A DNA stretch of 64,000 bases from Epiperipatus broadwayi. Taxonomy: Eukaryota > Animalia > Onychophora. The notes under the pieces were generated by a model. That model did no database searches. It saw only the letters and a list, made by a program, of their open reading frames with translations, and had not been told where the DNA came from. This document shows, one piece after another, positions 25,501-39,500 of this stretch. The stretch spans positions 2,852,001-2,916,000 of the forward strand of contig JAQFVV010000007.1 of NCBI GenBank assembly GCA_028023455.1, given 5' to 3'. The position numbers and the translations under genes were made by a program. How positions within the stretch are numbered: position 1 is the stretch's first letter; the number at the start of each line of letters is the position of its first letter.

Positions 25501-27345
25501 ACATTTGATGACATTTAAAATGTAATATTTGTTAATTGTAAAATTAATATACTTTTGTTTCAGCACATGTTTTGTTTTCTCTGTATTCTATTACCATATT
25601 TTAGGATTTTTATACTTTTTTTGTAATTAAACTTTTAATTTTTTCTGTATTTTACCCCCATGTTAGTAGTAGAATTAAAATTCTTTAATTTTATTGCATG
25701 TTTTTTATTTTTGTTTTCATTTAACATAATGTCTGTAACATTTGATTTTAGTTGCCACTAGTATTTTTTTTGTCATGATTTTATCTTGCTTTAATAATTT
25801 ATTTTACCAAATACTTAACAAGTACTTTTTATGTTAGTTTAGTAATTGATTTTGGGTACAAAATAATAAAAAAATATTTATATCTTATTTCTATTAAATT
25901 TTTGGGTTTTTTAAAAAAAATTTGATGAAAATTGTAAATTTTTATGTAGACTGGACAAAATATCTGGAACGTTGTAATTAATTTTGGGAGTATTATCTAA
26001 GATCATTTACTGTTTGGTTGTGTCAACAATGATTTTAACATTCTCCCTTATACCAAATGTCATAACTAATTTCTGTGCTAGAATAACTTTTACTAGAGCA
26101 TATTATCAATTATCAAGGTCAAAGCTAAAATTGTGGAAGTGTTTGGAAAAAATTAAATACATCTATATTGTGAGTTTTTTAAATTTTTATTTTATATGTA
26201 AATCTTTTAATTTACAAAGAAAGCTATCATCCCACATGAGAATACAATAATTCCAGAATTCTCTTTCTTTACATTGAAATTCAATGGCTGTAGGAATGAT
26301 AGTAAATGTAAAGATGATTTCAAATTACACAAGAATCCTTTATGAAAATATAGTTCAGGATCTTATCTTCATGTTAAGCTGCAAGAACTAACAACTGAGC
26401 TAAACAGCATATAATTAATTTATGGTTCTTAAACTAAACAAATGAAAAATTAAAACCATATTAAGTTGATAAAATTACTATATTTCAAAGATTTTTGTTT
26501 TGGTTGTGTAAAATCATATATCAAAATTTGCAGCAGTAGTAATAAATCATAAAATGGCTATATATTTTCATTTATAAACAAAAACATAAATGATTTTTCT
26601 TAAAAATATTAACAGTTAAAATGCAAATAGTAGCTATACGGTTCCTCATTCTTGACATTTGATTGATTTAAAAAAAATTGCATGAAAAATGAAATAGTGA
26701 AGAAATGAAAATAAATTCATGAAAGAGTAATGTTAATAAAGGTTAAGCAGTTTTTGGATATATATAAAACTCTCACAGTTTATATTTATATATTAATATT
26801 GAACCTTACACTAACTCTCTGAAAGTGTGTCATCTTCTTTAGCTAAACTAATACCATTTTTAAACTTGTGTGATATACAGTTCCATCAACTTTTTCAGGT
26901 TTTAATTTACTTAGAATGTCATCTGATTTATTTCTTCCAGCTCTTCATTTATTACAGGATTTCAGTAATTCTTGAACACATCTTTCTTCTATTTCAACCA
27001 ACAACAATTTCAAATAAATAGACAGCTTCAAGATGCAACATTTTCCAACACCCCTATTTATTAAATGTGAAGTTATAAGCTCCCAAGTTTGACCAATAAG
27101 TTTAACACAATCAAAAATGTTGAAATTTTTCCAATAGTCTTGGTTATTACTTTTGCTTGGATAAGTGATAAACTAACAAATGTAGGTAACCAGCAGAGAT
27201 TTTGAATCCAGAGAGATAACCTTTGCTTCATTAGCTCTATAATATTGATCGTTTTTCTTTGAATTTAACACTTGAATGGAAAAGGCTTTCTGTAAACCTT
27301 GCTTCCAACTTCTTATTGTTTAAAGTAAGTTCTAATAATGAATTC

Positions 27346-27862
27346 AGGCACAAAATAGGATTTTGATGCAGAAATCTTCAGGCATGTATTGATTACTATG
27401 ACTTGCACTAGATAGCACTATTTTATGAAGAGAATTGCTACTGTTTTAACAGATTGTGTTAGCATGAAAAATGGAGGTCACATGATGTTTTAGTGATTTA
27501 ATACCAATCCCAGTTAAAGAATGTTGGCAATTGTGTTATTTAAAAATCAAAGACACAAAAATGTATAGATAGTGGACTGAGTTTGATTTGTATGACTATA
27601 CAAGTGGATTAGCTTGGATGAAAGCTTTATAGTGCTTTCATTTTGGGCTTATCACTTTATAGTTAACCAAAAAGGTAAAAGAGGGTTGCTGAAGGATTGC
27701 ATTAGATCCAAAGATCTAGGTGTAGTGCTCTCATTTAGAAACTAATCTGGGAATATTAAATGAGTAGGCACTAGATAGGGATTTTAATGCACAACTTTCT
27801 GGCATCTATTAATTGCTATGATTTTCACTAGCTGGCACTATTGTATAGAGTTGCTACTGTTT
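27346..27862 (+). mobile_element. Older, diverged >1-mer copy of the ~460-bp hammerhead repeat family, ribozyme core deleted
   Basis: Colinear with 12830-13315 and carries a terminal direct repeat. GAAACTAATCTGGGAA remnant at ~27738 but no CTGATGA. Confidence 0.75.
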
Positions 27863-28299
27863 GTATTCTTAAATGGTGATTAATATCTATATTTCAATTG
27901 CCCTTTGCTTTCTTTTAATAATTGCTACTTTAAATTTAATCTATAGCAGCAATACTTTTTTCAGAGAGTGGATAGGAACATAGTACTATAGAAAAAAATT
28001 AGTATAGCACAATTTACAATATAAAACGAGTTATTATTAGTTATATAAAAACTTATAAATAAATCTAAATGACTTTCACATCAATAATTATAGTATTGTA
28101 ATATTTTAAATTCATTCCTGCATCTTTTTTTTTTTATGAATTCAAACTTTGCAAAACGATTTGTAATCTTCCAAACCTTAGAGCTTCCAATAAACAAAAG
28201 AGAATTTTTTCATGTTGATCTATAATTATTCAATCATGATTGTGCAAAAAAACAACAAAGCATGGTAATAGAAGAATTAGGATTCTTTATTATTATTAA

Positions 28300-28790
28300 A
28301 TTTTATGAATCAAACTTATAGACAAACATTCTTCTTAGACTATCCAGATTTATGCTTACACATTAAGATAATAAGATACAACATTTTTTTTAATGTTTTT
28401 AACCATAATTCCAAGCTATTAAAACTTTTCTTAAAACAATTGCAATTGAATGTAAATCATAGATACAACACGTATACTGACAAAAGCTTGGTACATAAAA
28501 TTATATGCAAGAATACAAACTGCAATCTGGTTTATTTTAGGGAATCTCAGAGGCCAATCTTTCAACACAACTAGCATAACACAGATATCAATAGACTCAA
28601 GCCAATACTAATACAGACATTAAATCTATTTTCAACAAACACGAGTTTAAACATGGTCACATTTTTTAACCTAAATCTACCAGTATTGTCTGCTCTGAGA
28701 GAAACAGTGCTAAATATAAAGTTAAAGAGACCTGGCACATTGACATTTTATCTGATTTCCATACTGAAAATTTCAATTCTTTCAACATTT
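28300..28790 (+). pseudogene. Penelope-like element GIY-YIG endonuclease remnant
   Basis: LVHKIICKNTNCNLVYFRESQRPI (VYKIxCxxCxxVYIGETxRxL-like), then HGHIF..ERNSAKYKVKETWHI..N, preceded by FLDYPDL (LPY-like). Confidence 0.65.
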
Positions 28791-31700
28791 TGTGATATTA
28801 CAATAAGACACTATTTGAACATGTGGTCTATGTTTTTTTCCTAGATTCTTCAATGATCTATTATACCAACTGCTTTAGAACCATTAAGAATACTGGATTT
28901 ATCAAATATTATTTAAAACAATAAGATGAGTAATTATTTTTTCTGTGATTACTCAACACTATCATGCTAGTTAAGACTAATGGATTTAGACAGAGAAAAA
29001 AATAAAAATAATTGGGTACAATTTTTTTTTTTTTTCAAAATGAAAGAGGGTGACAACTAATCAAAATAAACTAGACATTATCAAAATCTAAAAATTAAAA
29101 TAGAAGTTAATATAACTGATAATGCAAATTGTACTTGATAAGCTTTATAGGTAGAAGATTAAGTTTATATATACATAATGTAATTAATAGAAAAATAAAA
29201 TAGAAAGCATAAAAATAGTGTAAAAAAATAGGAGCAAATTAATCAATGAATGAAAATAGAAAATGTACTTTAAAAAAAAAAGTGACTGTAAATAAGTTCA
29301 ATAAAAATCAATATTATGGAAGTAATATTTTTAGGCTTATTTGTATATTAGGGTAATTAGATCGATTCTGACTTCAGTAAATGAAATCTTTTTTTTTAAA
29401 GTCTTATTAATATTTTTCCATCTTAACTTTGTCTTTGTCAGGCTATTTAAAATAAATGTTCTAATTAATAATATAAAATTTAAGTTTAGTTTGAGATGGC
29501 TCCAAAACCAATGTTAGTGATAATAGAAATTCTGCTAAATCCACTATTACCAAAATATCACAAAGAAAATGTTTATTGTTATCTGTACAAGCCAATGGAG
29601 TTGAAATTTATGGGTTTAACGTTACATAGACATTGCATCTTTTTTATTTCATAATCTTCATCAAGAAAACAAAAAAAGATAGTATGTTTTATTTATTTAT
29701 TAGAGTGATAGAATCAGCATATTTCCTTACTACATCCCTAGATGTAAATATACTTCATATATCTGTAAATATAGTCTCTTGCAATTTATTATTCTATTGT
29801 TCTTCATTATTCTAAATAAGTATTTCCAATAATATTTTAATTTGTATAATTTTAAAATTATAACTTAGCCATGTATATGTATGATAAAACCGTCTATACT
29901 ATATATATATATTTGAACTATGTTAAAAAATATATAATTTTTGCTGTCTGAAATTTTCAGTATTTTCTAAAAAGGCTTGAAACCAAATGATTTGATTTTC
30001 GCCCCCCCCCCCCATCTGAAATTATTTAAATGTTATTTATTACCACTAATAATTCTACTTATTTTATAGATTAGATGTATACATTTGCATATATGTTTTT
30101 ATGCTATTTTCTATGTTTAAAAAAATCCTCTTTTTATCTTTAAAGTATCAACGCCAGTAATACTTGAAATCAATTGAATAAATGTAGTATTTAATAAAAT
30201 TTGCAATATAAAATGGAATCTTTCTTTCCATCTTATCCTTTTCAAGTGTGATATCAGTTTCTGTTCAGATTTAATTGTCTGAATATGAGTTTTAAAATAA
30301 TAATAAATTTATACGAATTTTTTAATTTCATTTTTGCAGGTTGATTTTATATAAACAACTGATGCTTGATGAAATATAAAGAAATAAAATCCAATAGATC
30401 TTAACTAGGATAAGTCGTCTAGTGATTTCAGACAAAACACATTTATAAAATGTGGGCTTCACCATCTTTATTTTTATCTACATATATAAATAGTGAAATC
30501 TGCATCATAAATATGCTGTGAATACTAAAACAGTAACATGAAACTTTACATAGGCCTTGATAAAATATATATGTAAAATAAGATCAAGTGTTGGTCTGCG
30601 TTGAAAATAAAGATATAATTAGTTTTTTTTAAATACTAACTATTACATTAAAATACCTAGTAAATGTGGAACAAATCTGTACGTTTGTAAATACTTTACA
30701 TAATGAAATCAGTGGAATGCAAACTCATTTATCTTTCAAAACATGAGATATTAATCAATCGCAGCATTACCAATCACACGTACAGAAAAAGCATCAAATT
30801 GAAAATAAAAAGCTAAAACTGTATTTTAAGAAATATTTAATTAATATATTTACCTACACATACTGCTTTACATATACATTTGATTGGCTAAGTATATTTA
30901 TATGGAAAAGCTTTAATAAGGATGCATTTGTAATTTCAACACTATTTTCAAAATAGTGTATGGGATTATTAAAGTAATATTAATGCTTTTTATTTTGTTA
31001 AATAAACTTTATTCTTGTTTATATTTTTCCACTTTTTAAATTATTTATTAGAAATATAAGTTTAAATAAACATTATTAAAAATAATATTTCTGGCAAATT
31101 TTGCAAAAAAGTAATAAGCTGTAATATATCATCAAAATAATAGATGTCATTTCTTCACCATTGATTGTAGAATGGTATCTGAAATATACTAAAATTTAAT
31201 AAAATACGTTTCTATTACTAAAATGACTTTTTGTAAAAAATACACAAATCACTGAAAATTTTCATTTATAATTATTTTAAAAATGACAAAAAATAACAGT
31301 TACAATCTTTACAAGAGCATTTCTTTTTCAGGCAAAGACAAGTTTCATGATTTATACATTACATTTTTCTGAGCTTGTATTCTTTTAGAAATTAATATTT
31401 TTGATAAAATCTGAGTCTAAGCATCATATTTTTGTCAGAAAAATAATAATTATTTTGCAAAAATAATAAATATATAAACAGTCTATGAAAAACTAGAAGT
31501 TTTCATTTTTAAAATTTGAACAAAGATGAACTTACACAGGTGTAATGACTGCTTTGAGAACAATAAAACTTTACTTGAAAGGCATGTGTTTTTGCATTGT
31601 TTTCTGTATGACATTGATATAATTGAAAGTAATAAATCAATACATATTTAGTCTAATTTTTATCATCAAATAAATGCAAAACCAACAAATACTATAGATA

Positions 31701-31965
31701 GCAGCAAGAGGGCTTTAAACTGAGTGACTGAAATACCATTATAAAAGTAATTAGACAGCTGTTGGTTTTTTTCTATGTATTGATGTAAGTGACTAGATAT
31801 TTATTTCTCTGGATGCTTATGTGTGATTTGATAAATGAACTTTATTAGTTAAATAATTTAATCTAACATTTTAAATTGTCTGTCTCACTAAATCAATTTC
31901 TTTCCTATTTAAATTAGTAAATTAATTTATTTAGACTGGAATGGAAGCACATCCAATTTAATATG

Positions 31966-33670
31966 TGTTATATCTGCAAGTATGACTGTGTGGTCATCAA
32001 ATAAATATACACAATATTTTCCTTAGTCTGAATAGCGAATAGTTTGCAACACTCTATCTCCATAGTTCTCTGGCAACGGATGATCTGCAACGAATGCTCT
32101 GTTCTGCAATAAATGCTCTGCCCTGCAACCAATGCTCTGCTCAGCAACACATGCTTTACTCGGCAACTAATGCTCTGCAATGAATGCTCTACTCTGCAAC
32201 AAGTGCCCTGCTCTGCAATGAATGCCCTGCTCTGCAATGAATGCTCTGCTCTGCAACTAATGCTCTCAATATCTCCACTGCTGTCTCCCCATCTCTGTGG
32301 GGTCTTTCAGCTACACCCGTGGATCACATTTCCACTGGGCGCTGGTCATTAAGCACTAGCACTGACCGTGAGATATCTCTACTCAAAAACTACTAGACGT
32401 CTACTGGCATTGTACTCAAATAACTGCCTACTCAAAAACTGCTTTTCTCTGCATAGTTGTTACACCATCTTTTATTGCCCACTGATAACTAGCAATTAAT
32501 CCTTGTCCAATCAGATAGCGTCTCTCATCCAGAAATATTTGCAATCAGCAAACATCTCTTGGAATTATCATCTGCCATTATGTTAATTAACTTCCTCCAT
32601 TATCAGCCATGATCTACAACAACCACTTGAACAAATTCTAGTTTTTCTGGAGTGCACAAACATGTCTGCCATTTTTACAAAACACTACACCTCCCTCCAC
32701 TCCAGAAAAACCCTTGTTGCAATTCCTTGATGTTTTCTTTTTCTATTCCTACTTGACCGAAACATATTTCCTGTTATTTCCAAACTTACAGCGTTGTTAT
32801 ATCACGTAGACTTGCTATTCCTTCCGTTATTAACATTACCAACTGGGATTTCCACCTTCACCAGGTTTCTCCATCTATAGCTAACTTGTTGTAATGCAAA
32901 ACTTATTCACTACTCACAGGTTCCAAATGTGACTGCACCAATGTTATATCTGCAAGTATGACTGTGCAGTCATCAAATAAATATACACAATATTTTCCTT
33001 AGTCTGAATAGCGAATAGTTTGCAACACTCTATCTCCATAGTTCTCTGGCAACAGATGCTCTGCAATGAATGCTCTGCTGTGCAACAAATGCTCTGCCCT
33101 GCAACCAATGCTCTACTCAGCAATTAATGCTCTGCTCTGCAATGAATGTTATACTCTGCAATGAATACCCTGCTCTGCAACGAATGCTTTACTCTGCAAT
33201 GAATGCCCTGCTCTGCAACAAATGCTCTGCTCTACAACTAATGCTCTCAATATCTCACTGTGGTCTCCCCATCTCTGTGGGCTCTTTCAGCTACACCCAT
33301 GGACCACATTTCCACTGGGTGCTGGTCATTAACTGCTAGCACTGACCGCAAGATATCTCTACTCAAAAACTACCAGACGTCTACTGGCGTTGTACTCAAA
33401 TAACTGCCTACTCAAAAACTGCTTTTCTCTGCATAGTTGTTATACCATCTTTTATTGCCCATTGATAACTAGCAATTAATCCTTGTCCAATCAGGTAATG
33501 TCTCTCATCCAGAAATATTTGCAATCAGCAAACATCTCTTGGAATTATCGTCCGCCATTACGTTAATTAACTTCCTCCATTATCAGTGCACAATCTACAA
33601 CAACTACTCGAACAAATTCTAGTTTTTCTGAAGTGCACAAACATGTCTGCCATTTTTACAAAACACTACA
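31966..33670 (-). mobile_element. Miniature non-autonomous LTR retroelement (two ~725-bp LTRs, 252-bp non-coding interior)
   Basis: LTRs 33670-32942 and 32689-31966, both TG...CA. TSD ATATG at 31961-31965 and 33671-33675. PBS-like TGGTGCAGTC immediately after the 5' LTR; PPT GGAGTGGAGGGAGG (32703-32690) abutting the 3' LTR; AATAAA and a CCAAT-like motif in each LTR. Confidence 0.9.
32090..32260 (+). repeat. 17-22-bp minisatellite inside each LTR (CTCTGCTCTGCAATGAATG-like); sister array at ~33055-33245
   Basis: Directly visible tandem variants. Confidence 0.85.
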
Positions 33671-34015
33671 ATATGTATATAACTATTACTGATTATATCA
33701 TAAATATTCAATATATTAACACTTGTAATTATTAAAATAAGAATGAAATTAAACAAATATTGCTTCAATAAGGAAAAGGAAAGTAATTGAACATTTTTTA
33801 ACATATAGCAGAATTCTGAAGTCAATGTTTATACATATTTAAGGATATTCAAGAAAGAACCCTGAGTTTTTCATAAATTTTGGGAATATTTGGGGTGTTA
33901 TGATAGTGCTTTTATCATCTTTATTTTGTGGTTATCTACAACCTTAGTTTACTATACATATTTTTTCTTCATGAAAATCATTTCTATCTGAAGATGTTAG
34001 TATTACACAGGCCCC

Positions 34016-34400
34016 TAGAAATATCATGTAAATTTTAGTATCATACAGACTTCATAGAAATATCATGTAAATTTTAGTATCATACAGACTTCATAGAAAT
34101 TTGTAAATTTTAGTATCATACAGACCTCATAGAAATATGTAAATTTTAGTATCATACAGACCTCATAGAAATATGTAAACTTTAGTATCATACAGACCTC
34201 ATAGAAATATCATGGGAATTTTAGTATTATACAGACCTCATAGAAATATGCAAATTTTAGCATCATATAGACCTCATAGAAATATGTAAATTTTAATATC
34301 AGACCTCATAGAAATATATGTAACTTTTAGTATCATACAGACTTTGTAGAAATATGTAAATTTTAGTATCATACAGACCTCATAGAAATATCGTGTAAAT
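34016..34400 (+). repeat. 36-39-bp minisatellite, about 10 copies
   Basis: Unit TAGAAATAT(CAT)GTAAATTTTAGTATCATACAGACYTCA; spacings 39, 39, 36, 36, 36. Confidence 0.95.
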
Positions 34401-34829
34401 TTGCATTGCAGAGCAAGCTGACAGTACAGCAATTGATTGTATTGCAATACAAAGAAACTGTTGGCTTCTCTGAGTGGTAGAATATTTCAGAGCATGATTT
34501 ATTGTTTTAGTACTTCTTAAAAAATTGTAATTTTTAGTAATTTATGTATTTAAGTTTATTTATGCAATATAGTTATAAAATCATAATTTTAAATCAAATA
34601 ACTATGTGATCAAAATTAAATTTTATGAGAAAATATTTCTTTTCAAGAAGACAATTCATAAAAACATAGCTATGATAATGCAAAAGTTGTTTTATTGACT
34701 AACAAGAACAGTTTTCATAAAAACTGGTGAAGACATTTTGTATGAAATTTATTTAATAATAAATTTAATTTTGAATTTTAAGATATATTTTCATTTTTTT
34801 ACTATCTTTTAACTAAATTTTATTTCCAT

Positions 34830-36554
34830 TTTAACATCCTGTTCCAACTCTGTGACATTTTCATGTATATTTTGATCTTTTGTGTTACAAAAGTATTGCA
34901 ATCACTTTCTTCTCTTTGTTGTTTAAGCTTGTCTATAACTTTATATTAAAACTTTTCTTTCAGTACTATGGTATTGTTTTATACATTTGATAGCTTTCCT
35001 TGCCAAATCATAATTATATTTTTAGATCATTGTTAACTCTTATTTATATTATTTTACAAATATCTAGACATTAACTTATTCTTAATGGATCATTCTTAAT
35101 TAATTTCATACATTTTCTTTTCTTTTTCTCTTGTGCTTCTTTTTGTACCAGCTATCTTTTTCAGTTCTTGATAGAGTATCTATGGAGTGATAGAATCATA
35201 CGATATTTTATTGATTCATCAGTTATCTTCTTATTAATTCACTCAAATAAAAACCATCTTCAAAGTTTGCTAAATTTTAAAATGATTTTGCAAGTTCTCA
35301 TTTAAATTCACTGGAATGTCTTTGATGGTTAAGAATATCAACTGTTAATACTTTTGTTTAATACTTTATAGTTTTACTTTAAGATGTCTCTTACATTTTA
35401 TTAATGGATGGTCACTTCCTGTGTTAAACATATTAAGCAGTGTTACAGTCTTGAAATATACATTTTCTCTTAGTCCAAATATAATCCAATTATGTTGTAC
35501 TTTTATTTAAATGTTTTTCATTTTCATTTAGTATTTTTCTCAAAGAAAGAATTTATAATATATAGTTTTTCTTTTTCTGCAAACTCCACAAATCTGTGAC
35601 TGCTCTCATTTCTAACATTATAACAATATTTCATAACAACATTTTCATTTTTCAATTGTTTTTCAATTCTAGCATTAAAGTCTCCCAAAACAATTTTAAA
35701 ATGTTGTTTAATCTGATCAAAAGCACTTTGTACATTCATATAAAAATTCTCTATTTCATCAACACAATGAGAACTTGTGGTAGCATCTATATAAATTACC
35801 TGCAATTGGTATCTTCCATTAATTTGAATAACTAATCTTGTGATTCTATCTGATATATCATCAATTTTTATAGTTCTTTTATTTATTTTTTATATTGAAT
35901 CTTACTCCATATGTGCTACCAGTAATTTTGCTTTTAATAAAATAAATATCCATTTTTTAAATCAATTCTTTTCACATTTCAACTTTACAAAATCCAACAA
36001 TCTTCCTATTTAATATTAGACCATTCTTTCAATTTCATACAATCTTTTTTCATTTGAACATAATGGAAGTATCTAAATAAAAAGCTTATCACTAAAAGGC
36101 AACCTGGGTCTGCAATGCTTTTGGTCATTAAGGCTATTGATTGCTTCCTAACTAATGACTTTATAACTTCCTGTAATATGAACCATAAGTAAGTTTTACT
36201 TCTTATTATTGTAAATATTTATAAAAAATAATCATTCACCCACACATTCATTCTACCTTCAAAAAATTCAACTGATATTTTAGTCAAAAACTAAAAGCAA
36301 CTGAAAAAAAAAAAAATCACGTTTTTTTTTGTCTTAAATTCAAAGGTAAAAAACCAGTAAATTCTTCTTGCCAACTGAGTGTGTTGACGAGCAGTCCATC
36401 CATGTCTATTTGAATAATCGCATATTAATAAAAGTTGCAAAATCAAGTACTATGGAGTGGATATTAGATTTTTTGCCTTGTTTGGTTTCTTTAAAATCTC
36501 AAAAAAAAATTAAAGAATTCCCTTTCAATTAATAGCAAATTCTTTCCTGCAACA
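34830..36554 (-). pseudogene. Old decayed RTE copy retaining the 5' UTR/ribozyme region and APE, lacking RT
   Basis: Colinear with ~7000-8708 of the intact copy. IYAxTSSH and LGDFNARI are readable; many stops and indels. Confidence 0.8.
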
Positions 36555-39500
36555 ACTTTATATCATATTTGTAATTTTTAAAAGTTAATATAATTGCATA
36601 CGATGTTGCATAAAGCTATGATGGTGCAAAATAATTTTAAGAAAATTAATAATTATAATTTGATTTCTATATGTATATATTAATTAAAAGATTTTCATAG
36701 ACTTTATAGATATGAACATTGAAAGAATAATTTGAATTTTTATGGATTTAGATATATGTGAAACTGTAAAATAATAATTGAATTCTATTAAATCAGTAGA
36801 TGATATTCTTTTTATATGATAATAGATTTTGAACAAAATAATCAGAATATACAAATGAATTAAAATGTTAATATATATATATTACAGAATCATTTAGATT
36901 TGCACAGGTATTTTTAGCTTCATGAGTCCAAACAGCTTTTTATAATCTTAAAAATTGAAAAGAGTATGATGTCATGTGGGATCTGAAGATTTTTTAAAAT
37001 ATGAGATAATATATTAGTTTCAAACTATTGGAATTGTTTTAAAATGTATGCTACAAAATAATTGTGCTTTCTATTTTTAAAATTGGTTCTATAATCTATA
37101 GTTTATAAAAATTATAGATAAATAAAATATTATACCAATTATCATAAAAATTCACTGTTTTTATAACCTAAAAAAGTACTTGCAAAAACTTTATTGACTA
37201 AATTGCTTTCAGATGTAGACAGAAGATTAACTTTGAGTGACTTTAGAGAATCAAAAATTAAATGTGATTTTTGTTACCTGAAATTACAAGAAAAGTAGTA
37301 ATAAATAATACAATTTATCTTTTGTATATATATTTTTAATCTGTCAAGAAATTGAATTCAGTTAATGCAAAATTCACAAAAGTTTTACATATTGTATGAT
37401 TTCTATATGATTGAATGAGAGAGAGTTTTTATTTCTAATAAAAAAATTTGAGACATTTGAAATGAAATTTGGTCTTAAATAGAAATGTGTAGAAACTTCT
37501 TATACCAATACTCCTTAAAACAACATCATACATCAAATATGAAAATGTGACAAAAATGTCATAAAACAATTTTCAATTTGAAATGATTAAAAGTAAAACC
37601 AACATATTTTAGTTTATAGATTTATAAGATGTTGATGGTCTTGTTGTTTTTGTCAATTCAAAAAAATATTTATAGAATATATTTAATGTTTTGAATTGAA
37701 CCTATGAAGATTTAGTTTAATAATTCATGTTCACATAACTCAAATATTTTATCAAAAAGTGAAGTAAAATGATTTTATAAGTTTAGAATGTAAATCTGTT
37801 TAAATATAAGTTAACTTTTAAGATAGAAAAGCCAGCATGGCTATTGAAGTCTAACATAGATTCTATTATGATGCTGCCATGTTTAACAAATTAAAAATAT
37901 AATATTTCATCATAATAATGTGTCTTGATTAATTTAGTTAATCTTACATTCACTTTTATTTTACCAAATATATTATTATATGAAAGAGATATTGAAGCTT
38001 TTTATTTAAAATAGAGAAAGTAATATATAATAATACATATTTACCAATCCAATCGTTTGCTTCCTGGACAATTTTAGGATTATTTATTAATTCTAAAGAT
38101 ATAATAACAAGAACATAGCACCAGTTTTACATTCTTCAGCATTCTGTGTGATGATTTAAAATGAATAAAGGTTAAGCATAAATGAAGAGTGATTGATTTT
38201 TTACTAAAGTATTTTATGATGAACTTTAGCATAATCTGCAAAGGAAAGTCAGAGACTGTTTGCTATTAAGTTATCTTAAGATCATTTCAAAAGATATAGT
38301 ATTGATTACTTTTATTGGTAGTATGATTACAGTTAAAGTACAGTGGAAAATTATAATTAGTCAAAGAAATAGATCTTTTAGAAAGTTTATTCTAAAAGAA
38401 TACATGCAAAATGTAAAGTAAATAAACTGAACAACTGGTATAACATTTATTTCATGGTTCACCGTAAATTTTATTTTAAATATTTGAACTTGCTTTTCTT
38501 TTTTTCTATCTTTTTTTAGGAAGGAAAATATCAATCTTCATATCAAGAAGCTGTTAAATTAAAATAAAAAATGTTTAAGATGATCACTTTATTTGTTAGA
38601 AATATTCCATATAACAAACACCACCAGTTTATATATTAGGAATACAATGTTCTTTTCCAAAATCAACTAATTTTTTTCAATATATTAAAATCTAAAGTAA
38701 AGATTATTAGCAAATTATCAGCAAATGATTGTATTGTATTTGCAATTTAATTAACCAATCTTTACCAAAATTCTACTTATCCTCATTGAATTCCCGTTTC
38801 TAAATGTATTCATTTTATTGTTCAGCAAGTAGAAAAATCCACACATGAACTGAGCAAAAATTCAATATCAGCAGATTATTCAAACTCACAGAGCTAATAG
38901 CCTTATTTCTGATAACTTTGATTCATAGTTTATTGTTTTTCCATATGCAATAAAATCTCTAAAAAACTTTGTCTTTTGCTGCTATTGTTTCAATACCACG
39001 AATGCATTAAGAAATAAAATCTTTATTTTTTATTGATTTACAGAATTCTCCATTGGTAAAAGGATTACATGAACAATATTTAATATTATTAGCATTTCAT
39101 CTATACTTACATCTATGAGTTTTCTGAAGATATCAAATAAACGTTACAGCTAATCTAATATTACACAGCTTTTTTTATCCTTGGATTAATTTCCTTCCAA
39201 ATAATTTACATCATTCTGTTTGATTAAAAAAATTTTCCTCTGCAAAATGAATTTTATTAACTTATGTTATATTAATATTACACTTTTATTCTATTTCACA
39301 TTTTATATAAAATATGATCACTTAGTTTAGGAGTTCTAGTGAACATATGAGTTTTTATTTTTAGATATATTTAAAACTTTCACTCCACTACATATGCATG
39401 AACATATTTATAAAGACACCTGAGGAAAAAAGAATGCCTAAATCATGCTCAAGACTGCATTCAAAACAAGAAACATTGCATTGATACGTCTTGCCACGTT

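Noticed and set aside
31968-33339. Cys/Ala/Leu-rich ORFs in the LTRs
   Set aside because: Translations of the LTR-internal minisatellite.
34016-34400. Regular ~36-bp repeats as a CRISPR array
   Set aside because: No unique spacers, eukaryotic context, no cas genes.
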